A stretch of 63,315 nt of DNA, counting the filler, from Intoshia linei (Eukaryota; Animalia; Orthonectida): NCBI GenBank assembly GCA_001642005.1. It is 6 parts of 6 records of this genome, joined end to end, with 100 filler letters (N's around TTAATTAATTAA, not from the genome) between each part and the next. Parts side by side here need not be neighbours in the genome. Positions count along the whole stretch, not along the records: positions 1 to 17,282 come from LWCA01000810.1; positions 17,383 to 23,056 come from LWCA01001753.1; positions 23,157 to 49,690 come from LWCA01000466.1; 3 more parts are not named here. One strand, 5' to 3'. How positions within the stretch are numbered: position 1 is the stretch's first letter; the number at the start of each line of letters is the position of its first letter. The notes under the pieces were generated by a model. That model did no database searches and was not told the DNA's origin. It saw nothing but the letters and a program-made list of their open reading frames with translations. Position numbers and translations under genes: made by a program. Positions 15,169 through 31,855 of this stretch are shown piece after piece.

Positions 15169-15989
15169 GTCTAGACCGAAAAGGTGTGTCGGTATGGTAT
15201 GTCACTGTATACCTAAAAAGTATTTTTTTCCATTGCGAACCTTAAAAATAATAATTTGTATACATTTATTTTTTTAATGTCAAATTTATTTAAAGTCCAT
15301 AGAGGCCACCAACGTTTAAGAATCGACAAAAGGGATTTTTTTACACAGAAAAAATTAGACCCCGTACACATTGATGTAATAATAAATAGATACTGAAACT
15401 TTGGGCAAAATAAATTGGACCAAAAGTATCACACATTACTGGAAAACAATAAAGTGCGTACCTACCAATTAAAAGATAAAAACAGCAACATGAGATCAAT
15501 GGAACTAACTTTGGAAAAATGGAGTCTAGATTTCAACACGACGTCAAATAAACTAAATGATAAAGAAGCTAACAGTGAAGAATTGCTATTACAAGTATTA
15601 GAAACTGACAAAAAGATTGAACAAGCAAATGACATTTGCGAAAAAATTATAAACAAAATCACGGGTGAAAATTTTCTAAAGGAAAATAATTTAACATTCG
15701 AAAGTAATTTTTATCACAATGAAATAGATTACAGATACAATAAAAGAAAATTAAAAGAAATTGTAAAAATGATACAATCTTTGACAAGTGAATTTCCTAA
15801 ACTTACCCAACACTTTGATGAACTATTCAGAACGGTTTTTATTTTTGTAATTTTAAATTTGTAAACAAATTTTATTTAGCTGGAGACACAAAAAGACACA
15901 CTGTCGATAACTTCAATGTCAAGCTCAATTAAAAGTGGCGATTCTTCGATACAGTCTTATCGCAGTTCTGGCTCATCGAAATCATCTGA
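15169..15989 (+). pseudogene. Inverted partial duplicate of CCDC39 3' end (reverse complement of 6500-7347)
   Basis: ORF 15415-15864 nearly identical to 6625-7089; intron sequence is copied too; no 5' exons. Confidence 0.93.
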
Positions 15990-16285
15990 CCCGCAACACG
16001 AAGTTCATTGTAAAAAGTATGGTGCCAAATTTTTTCCATGTCATCCCGGTTTGTTATAATACCGTGTTCAATTGGATATTTGAAGATCAAAATACCTCTC
16101 TTGCTTTGAGCTTCATCACCAACATAAGAATCTATTTGTCCCATTCTAACCATAATTTCTTTATGCCTTGGTCGACCAACAATTGACGGGAAAACTGCTT
16201 TAGGGGCATCGTCTCCAGCAAACCCGGCCTTGCACATTCCTGATCCGTTATTTACTACCAAAGCTGCTACATTATCGTCACACAT
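15929..16285 (-). pseudogene. Truncated actin duplicate (first 98 codons) fused to antisense CCDC39 sequence
   Basis: [16 protein letters not shown]...FYNELRVA then an unrelated 20-aa tail; 10 aa changes vs the parent (D5N, D12N, R29K, G43E, G47R, K51I, T67I, L68F, V77I, W80R). Upstream sequence copied to about 16455. Confidence 0.92.
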
Positions 16286-17282
16286 TGTATATATTTTTTT
16301 ATAAATGTTTTAGAGAATTAAAGAATTTTAATTGCGAATTTTCTGGCTTTTCGAATCTTTTTGCTAGCAGATTTTCTCGTAAATGAAATGTTTCTAACAG
16401 CTAGCTAACTATTCATCTGTCCATTTATTCGTTCTAGTCCTTATTGTGGAAAATTTTTAAGTTAGATTTTGTTTTTGGATTAATTTTATTTTAGAATTAA
16501 AAAGTTCACCATCGGCAGAACTACCTAACGAAGTTCATTACAGTCAATCTAGTTTATTATATAATTATTCCATATTCCAATTTGGAATTAATTAATATTT
16601 TGTAACACTTCATTTAGCATGTATGAGAGCCATAATTTTCGGTGATATACTATTAAATGTCCGGTGTTCCATTAATGGAACACTAGATTTAATACAATAT
16701 ATCGACAAAGTTATATCATGCTTTATTATTATCAAGATAAAATTTCGTAAATTAAAATCTCCGCTTCTTTATGAAATTGACATATTTTTATTTTCACAAC
16801 TAATTATATATAAAATTAACGATTGAATATAGCTGAAAAAACATGTAAAAAAATTCATGTTTAGAAATAATATTAAAGTTATTTAATATTAAAAATCAAG
16901 TAAAAACAGTCCAATCCTAAAAATTGACATCAATAACATAAATTCCAAATAAAATAAAATTGTAAAAACCTATTTTGTCATTTTGAATGTGGTATATATT
17001 CAGTACCAATTTAATAAATACTTAAAAATACCAATTATTTATTAATAATTAACGAAATCAGCACTTTATAAACTTAATTCAAATGTATTTTCTAATATCG
17101 CAAAGGATTGTAATTTGTAATATATTATAATTAGGACGGTTTTTTTTAACCTATAAAATAAAAAATTTGTAACTTATAAAAAAAATTATATAATTTTATT
17201 AACCCATTGAGACATTTTGACGCATTAATGCGTCAAACGATTTGCCACGTATTATTCATTAAACATCAGTTCATATTAAAAT

Positions 17283-17382
17283 NNNNNNNNNNNNNNNNNN
17301 NNNNNNNNNNNNNNNNNNNNNNNNNNTTAATTAATTAANNNNNNNNNNNNNNNNNNNNNNNNNNNNNNNNNNNNNNNNNNNN
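17283..17382. other. Artificial contig spacer (44 N + TTAATTAATTAA + 44 N)
   Basis: The same 100-bp spacer occurs five times; the 12-mer has stops in all six frames. Confidence 0.95.
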
Positions 17383-18736
17383 TTATTTTATGATAATGAT
17401 GTTTCATCAACATCGTTATAATTCCACGTAGCTACGTAGACATTTCGATCACAAATAGTAATCAGATGGACTCTTTCTTTTCTGGTCAGATTATTTTGTG
17501 ATATAAGGTATTTTTGAGAATTACCTTTTATTATCAGGTTTTATTTTGATATTTTAAATCGATATCGTTTATAAGAATAAAAAATCTCATAAATACTAAT
17601 ATAAAACGTGCAAATCATGTAAAAGTAAATTCTTTGGTATTAAATTAAATTGAAAACCTCCATTGTTCTATTTTAGCAACAGCGCTTTTAATTATTTTAT
17701 TAAAATTTATGACCAAGCCAAGTTTCTAGTCATAAAAAAAGCTTTACATTTCAAATTGAAAATGGAACAAAATCAGTCAATATTCATGATTCTATGAAAC
17801 ATCAACCAAGGGATATAAAATATTAATTCTTCACAGGGAAGATATTACTTTTTATTGATCTGATAAAATATATAGTAAACAATTAATAAAGTACTGTAAA
17901 TAATACCTGAAAAACATGTTCTATTTTGGGAACATTGACGGGTTAAAGGTTAATATTAATGGTTCGTCAAGTTTATCATCTCGCAAAAATAGAGTACTCC
18001 ATGTCTTTTCACTATCATTCATTTCACCCAAATGTAATGATTCATTAAAAATTGTCATTATTATTAATTTTTTTGGGTCCACAGCGAAAAAGGGTTGAGA
18101 ATGCCTGCCCTATACCAATCATTCTCAACGAGCTCCACAGCAGTTTTTTGGGGTCCATGAAATATTTCATAGTTATTTACAAAAATAAAATAAAGGGAAA
18201 AATGATATTTCTGCAATGATATTAATTATTTCTAATTAACGCCATATAATTTAATATGGCGTGTATTTATCGCGTCAGTATTTTTATTATTGATTTTTCA
18301 GTATTTTAGGTGCCAGTTGACAAGGTGTCAGTATAAATAATTGATTGCCAGTATTTAAATGGAAGGGCAGTAAAAAAAATATTTTGTCAGTACTTTACAT
18401 ATACTGTCATTATTTAAATTAATGTTTTGTATAAAATGATTTTGTAAAAAGTATGGAAATAATAATTTGTTCATATAAAAAAATATTATCTGGTGTGAAC
18501 ACCTTAGAATATTTCTAATTTTTTTGTAATATGGTATCTTAATATTTCAGTTTTAACTTGAATCTCTAGTGGATGATATATTATTTCAAAAACTAGATTT
18601 TTAATTTTTATACTGACACTCCAAAATCATCAAACTTACAATTCAATTTTTTACTGAGAAAATATTATTTTATAAATTTGTTTATTTTTATATACTTTTT
18701 TGTTGAGTTACTTACAATTTTCGATGAATACTGATC

Positions 18737-19145
18737 TATACCTTTTATAATTCAATTTTGCAACTAAGATACCAACTTTTTGAGTTAATTCACAACTATT
18801 GATAACTTGACCAATCTTATAACGTGTTATACGTAAAGTCTAAATATGTACCTTATCTTTTTTAATAAAATCCAAAATTTTGTATGTGTTAATTGGTTAA
18901 GTTATTTACATATAAAAATATTTATTGTAATAGTTATACAATTTAATTTACAGTTTGAATGTTCCATCAAATGTTACCTCGGCTAATTGCTGAATAATAG
19001 CGTTCTATATGATTTGTAAATCCAAGTAATTTTATTGGAGTGATACAATAAATACAATTTTAATTAAAAAGATAAGATAATGTTAAAAAGTTTATTATTT
19101 ATAAAAAATGTATCTTAGTTGCAAAATAGAGTTATAAAAGGTATA
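18737..19145. mobile_element. TA-flanked MITE with about 35-bp TIRs
   Basis: TATACCTTTTATAATTCAATTTTGCAACTAAGATAC vs GTATCTTAGTTGCAAAATAGAGTTATAAAAGGTATA; embedded in degenerate TACTGACA-containing repeats (about 18270-19300). Confidence 0.65.
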
Positions 19146-19953
19146 ATTAATATATTTACTGACAAAAATGCAATTATGTATTGACAAAAAAGCAATTAAA
19201 AACTGACAAATATGTAATTGAATACTGACAATTTTATGTTGAAAATACAGAAAATTTTTTATTAAAAACTCAGTATTTTAATTAAATACTGACAAATTAA
19301 TTACTCCCCATTTAAGATCTATTTTCCATTAAGACTAAATTTAATTGAATATATTATATACTCAACATTAAAGTAAAAATGGTTATATAGTTTGTACAAA
19401 CAGCAGCCGATGTGGATTTTTTAATTTTAGGAACGATTAATCGATTTATTGAAGACAATGAGTGTATGATCATAAAAACAATCAAATTATAGTTACAAAC
19501 CTAAAAAAGTCATAAAAAGTGAAATTTTAAATAACTGTAGTATATAGTTTTTTTCATCATATACTCGGATGAAGGAGTAGTTTTCCAAACTTTTTTCATT
19601 TGGATCGAGTGTCAACAAGTGCAATTTTTAGGGATTGCGATTTATGATAATGATAATGATTATGATTTTCAAAACTATTCCAAAATGTATGTTTTATAAA
19701 ATTTTGCGACTTTGTTAATTTTAAAAAAAAGAAGGGTAATTTGGGTTTTGACTATGAAGAGGTACGTTTCTGAAGCTGAGATTTAAGACAATGTTAATGA
19801 CTTTCATTTTTTTGGGGTCGACAGGTATTTTTCAATGTCATCATAGGGGTCCAAGCGAAAAAGGGTTGATACTGCCTGCCCTACACGAGTAGCGTTGAAA
19901 AAAAATTTGACTACCTGTATGGGACTAAACCACTGTATAATATAAAATAATTA

Positions 19954-20468
<515 letters not shown>

Positions 20469-20575
20469 TTTTTTTAAATTATATTTTAACGTTGTAGTTC
20501 AATAAAGTTTTATACATTTTAATTTTACTATTTTACGTCCGTAGTTTTGGTTACACAACTTTATATATTTTTAAA

Positions 20576-22738
20576 ATGAATAAAGACGATTATTTTTGTT
20601 TTTTGGAGTCTGAAATTGAAAGAATTGGTAAAGTTGACATAAATTTACCAAATTTTGAAAATTTACACAATTACAACGATTACCAATTAAAAGATAATAT
20701 CGATGTCAACTATGATTTGAGCTATGTTGGCATATTGGATCAATTGGAAATGGACTTGGATAAGTTTAATTCAAAAATCTTGTTAAAAGTTTATCATGAA
20801 ATTTCAAATCAAATAAAATTAAACTTGAAGGAATTTGAACACAAAAACATTTCTACTACTAATTACGAGCAAATTTATTTACATGAAGCTGTTTGTCGTT
20901 TGAAGACTTTACCCATTAAGAAACAATTGCAATTATTTTGTAATGACTATTACCAGGAAGCAAAGTTTAATTCAGAGTCTTTTCAACGCAGTAAAATTGT
21001 TAGATTCAGCTTTGATACAAATTCACCGGATGATTTTAATGATAAAATTGTTGATGTTGAATACCAAAAGGATTTTTTTGTTGATGTAGATGTGGATGAT
21101 GAAGAATAAAATTTTTGTAAATTGTAAAAATTATATTTTAGTTTTTTGTTTAATTACAAAAATTCATTATTATTCTAGTGGTGTAATGGTTGAATTTGTT
21201 TATAGGTGATAATCATTTCAATCGAATGTTATCATAACATATTTCATATATCTGTGGTATATCATGTTCCGTGTGAAGTTTAAGAAATTTTTTTTGGTTC
21301 ATTCTTATATGTAATGTTTCTTTCTATATATAGTCTTTTTTATTTTATATCGTTTGTTTCATTCCTTTGTCTATGGATAATGCACTATTGCAAATTACAT
21401 CATATACAATGTATATTATACATGTATCTATATTTTTGGTAATTTACATTAGTGTTAGTTTGAAAAATTATTTCAATTACATGTACTACAAAGAACTACA
21501 ACCTGTACTCTATAGTGTCTGTGTAGTTATAAATTCGCGCAAATTTTAGGAATTGAAAAAAATTTAGAACCAAATTATATGTCACTAGACATCATTATAT
21601 TAATATTTAAAAAAATTATTGAATAAGTTATAATGATAAAAATTTGATTTCGTTCAATTTTTTATATTCCAATTTAGTTACAAAAAAGAAACCAAAATTT
21701 TAGCAAAAGATTATTATCTGTCGTCAAAATATTTACTTACGTTAAATGTAGTCATTTTTGGTAATTTCTATTGATATTGATATCAAATTTGAGTCTTTTG
21801 AATATCATAGATATTTTTATATTTAAAGTGTAGAATCATTAAACAGGATTCAAAATTTAAAATATTCTACATTTAATAAATTACAATTTTGTTTATTTTA
21901 TAATGTAAATTAAAAAGTGGAATTAAGGCAATTTTATTGTCCATTTAAGTAACATACAGGACCCAAAAATTTTGTATTTAATTTTATTTTTATATAGATT
22001 AAAAAGAACATATTGTACCAGATCACCATTCTAAGATCTCGACAAAATTTTTGCAAAAGGGTGGCCTAATTTTTTAAAAATTAAGAATTTAAGAAAATAT
22101 ATTGTCAATTTCATAATTATATTATTATTTCTTAATTTTCAAATTTAAACTGTCAAATGAAAAAAGAATAAACTGTTTTAGAATTTTTAGTATCGTAAAA
22201 ATTAGTCTTGTAGAATATATAATTTGATGGTTGAACATTATTATTGGTTTGATGAAGTGGATTTTTTTCATAAGATTTCGTAGAATCTGATTTTTGAAAA
22301 CAATATCGGTGTAACACAATTTTTCCATGAGGAATTGGAATCCTTGAAATGGTATTTTTGATTAAATTTTATTAGTGGTGGGATTTTTGAAATGGTAAAT
22401 TTTAAATATTATAATATCATCATATTTTTATAGTAATAACAAACATATATCAAATACAGGTATGTCTCATTTTTTTTCAGGAAATCGTGGGAAATTGTTA
22501 AAATCCCAGGAATTTTGTCCCGGTTTTTTTCCCTGACAGAATCACTACATGTAGTGTATTATACTTATAATTTCTTAGGACATGCAGATTGTGGGAAAAG
22601 TACAACCATAGGAAGGTTATTGAGTGATTTAAAAGTTCTCAAAAGCAATGAATTACATAAAAACATTAAAGAAACTGTTCGTCATGGGAAGTCATCGTTC
22701 GAATATGCTTATGTAATGGACACATGTGAATATGAACG
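20576..22738 (+). CDS. HBS1L: HBS1-like translational GTPase, 5' part (N-terminal ORF 20576-21109; exons 21678-21760 and 22579-22738), truncated by contig end
   Basis: Spliced LNVVIFG|HADCGKSTTIGRLL...HGKSSFEYAYVMDTCEYER matches the HBS1/eRF3/EF1A G1 region, with the KxSFxYAxV pattern typical of HBS1. The donor joining the N-terminal ORF to these exons is inferred. Confidence 0.75.
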
Positions 22739-22980
22739 GTAATGTGTATTATAACTAGAGTAGAAAAAAACGAGTAAAGTGATCGAAATACTCTTTTACA
22801 CTAAAATGATTGACGTATGCTCTTTTTAATACAAATGTTGCATGATTACTCGGAATGTAAAAATGTACTCGTTTTTCAATTTATAGTGCTCGATTTTTTC
22901 AAAATTTACTTGCTCTTTTGTGTTTACCATATAAGACTTATAATAAGTAAACATTTTGTATTATAATAATAGTATAATAA

Positions 22981-23056
22981 CACTGTCCGACAAAATTGAC
23001 GTTTTTTTTTGATCTGGATAAAATTATAATAGTATTATAGATAATTTCAGGGTGAA
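22981..23056 (+). repeat. Transposon terminus beginning CACTGTCCGACAAAATTGACG, inverted copy at about 55284-55358
   Basis: About 75 bp of near-identical inverted match; both copies lie at contig ends. Confidence 0.6.
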
Positions 23057-23156
23057 NNNNNNNNNNNNNNNNNNNNNNNNNNNNNNNNNNNNNNNNNNNN
23101 TTAATTAATTAANNNNNNNNNNNNNNNNNNNNNNNNNNNNNNNNNNNNNNNNNNNN
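23057..23156. other. Artificial contig spacer
   Basis: 44 N + TTAATTAATTAA + 44 N. Confidence 0.95.
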
Positions 23157-23590
23157 GGATATTGTATTCAGTTTTTTGACATGTTTAGCTCCAAGCATAA
23201 CTCGAACAATCTCTTTGGTTGCTAGGTGCAGCAACTCCTCGGCAATGGTGTGAGGTTTCTTGGCTTTGGCAATTCTGAGAGCCACCAAATATGAAGCTTC
23301 AATGGCTGCCATATTTTGCTGTTGATATTGACCGACAAAATCGAGCCTGCTTTTTTTAACACAATCAGCTTTATTTATAAAATATTGGACATCCTTGCCC
23401 GCTAAATTATGATGTTTAGTGTTAAAATGACGTTTCATTTTGTTGGGCTTATGGATTCAGCTCACATAATTTCACAGCAAATGATACATTGTGGCTTTTC
23501 AATTCCTGCCTCAACTATAAAAGTAAACCCATATTTTAAAAATTCTTCAGTGTACTTTCTTTTCTTAATATTTTTTTCTCGATTCATCAT
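23157..23590 (-). mobile_element. hAT Buster/Charlie (ZBED5-like) transposase N-terminal fragment, frameshifted
   Basis: KPQCIICCE BED finger, MKRHFNTKH, EASYLVALRIAKAKKPHTIAEELL. Confidence 0.85.
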
Positions 23591-23991
23591 GAGCAATTTA
23601 AAATTGTACAAAATAAATTTTATGTTGCTGCTATCAGTTTAAACTGACGTTTTGATTATTATGTATTACAAAAATTATGTTTCCATATCTACCAAACCAT
23701 GTCAAAAATCATAATTTTTTTACATTCTAGGGCTGTTTTCATTAAAAAAAGAAGGGTAATTTTGGGTTTTAGCCCTAGAAGATATAATTTTTTTAAATTT
23801 AAATTTATGATATTAAAATCCGTATCAGCGTATATATTTGTTAATATTCTACAACTAGTTTGATTTTCAAAAAAAATGACAATTGAAGTTTTTGATCTTT
23901 AATTTATTTAGTTATTTTTATTTTTTAATTAGACCTTGAATTTATATACACTGTATAAAAATATTTGCAAATCAGTTAAAAAAATATATAC

Positions 23992-24478
23992 CCAAAATAC
24001 GATCTAATTGTAGCACGAGCAGTGAAATCTTTAGCACGTCCACCAAATTTAATCAATTGTAATTTTTTGCAATCGAAATGAGTTAAATATTCCCACTATA
24101 TTATTTAACGCAATTTAAAAATTATCAACCTTTAGAATGTCATTCCATGCTTTTTCGTTATTTATATTGTGTATATTTACAATACTTGTCATATCTTGTG
24201 ATTTTATAAAATCTTTAGACCATTTCCACCCCTTTCGACGCATAGCATTCCAAAACATTTGTTCAGATGGGTAGATCCAACGGGATTTATCGTTTTTCAT
24301 TATTGTTGATATTTGTCGTTTCTTAGAAAGTTTGAATGGTTGGTCTGGTGAGGGTTGTTGGTTAGGTTCTTCCATCTTGTAAATATGCAAAAATTATAAA
24401 AAATATTACTTTATTTAAAGGGCACAATACATGCCTTTTTTCTTTATTCATCATAGGACATTGATCACGTTCGGACAT
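23992..24478 (-). CDS. HCCS: Holocytochrome c synthase, first 3 coding exons (24410-24478, 24130-24375, 23992-24095); 3' part missing
   Basis: N-terminal CP motifs (QCPMM, LCPLN), [71 protein letters not shown]. Confidence 0.92.
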
Positions 24479-24586
24479 GACACTATTCACAATCTGTTTA
24501 ATATAAACTTCAATTTAAAACCATGGAAAAAAATAAACAAATACATGTACTATATTTATTAAAACAATATTTATAACTACATTCTT

Positions 24587-25330
24587 CTAGCTACTGCGCC
24601 CATTATTGCCTAAAAATGGAATTAAATAACATTACAATATAGCCCTCATCAAAATCAGTGTATATATCATCTTTATCTATCTTTTCGGCAATATGACCTA
24701 TACCAAGAAAAGAATGATTGAAACAAAATAAATAAAATATACTAGGGGTTCCCAAAATTTTTTCACAGTGGACCAATAATAAATTATAAAATTTATCACA
24801 GACTATTAAAGCGAAATTACTAGACAACATTAAAAAAAATTTGATAAAAAACGTAATCAAATTTTTTCAATAACATTTCTCAGTCTTTATCATGTTCACC
24901 ACAATGTATGTTTCAGAAAACAACTATTCACTAAATTACCAGTGGTTCGCAAACCATGTGTCAAGATTTTTAAATTTTAAAAATACTCGATCCCTGTTGA
25001 AAATTAAAAACCTTTAAAAAAAATTAACTCATTTCCATAATCTCACAGCAATATTGCATTACAAATAAAAAAAATTTTTATATCAACTGTAATTATAATC
25101 ATTATAATCTCATTAAACCATAATATACAATTGTTGAAATGTAATGAAAAATGACATACCGATAATGAAATTTTAAGATAGTATAAAATTACCAAAAAAA
25201 CAAACACAGCAATGACAGTGTAGAATGAAGTAGCGAATAGATCGGCCTTTGTACAAGCATAGCACACACTTTGTGAAGCTATCGCAAATAAAGTCACTAA
25301 TGTAATTGTAAAAAATTCTAAATTTAGCAT
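24587..25330 (-). CDS. Possible small signal-peptide/single-pass membrane protein (orphan)
   Basis: MLNLEFFTITLVTLFAIASQSVCYA then a second hydrophobic stretch; downstream candidate exons GHIAEKIDKDDIYTDFDEGYI|AIMGAVARRM*. Splicing not resolved. Confidence 0.3.
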
Positions 25331-25544
25331 AATAAATTTATCCCACTGTATTCAAATAAATATTGACAAAAGTTGAAAATAACCAAGTAAGTAGCGATAG
25401 AAATATAATGCAATTTTAATTTCAGAAAAAATTTAAATTTATTAAATTTTGATATCATCAGAGTGTAAATGAGTAATTCAAATAATTTGAACCATAAAAC
25501 TGAAAAAAATTGCTGTCAAATAGCTATAAATAATACAAATAGAA

Positions 25545-31609
<6,065 letters not shown>

Positions 31610-31855
31610 AATTTAAAAAATATAGGACAAGTTTTTAATTTACAGTATAAATATATATTTTATATTTAATTGTCATTATGATTTTAACCAATTAAAGTAA
31701 TGTAGTGTAAATATCAATTATTTTTTTAAGAGCTAAATCACGATTTCGTTAATTAGTTATATTCTATCTATAGAATTGTATTCGCTTTACTTCCAATTAA
31801 TTTAAATGAAAAATAAAATTTATGTAATCATTAGAGCGTTTTATTTAAAGTATTA

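Noticed and set aside
17327-17338. Repeated TTAATTAATTAA palindrome as a biological repeat or CRISPR-like array
   Set aside because: Always centred in N runs; a synthetic linker.
21174-21192. tRNA A-box-like TAGTGGTGTAATGGT
   Set aside because: No B-box or cloverleaf follows.
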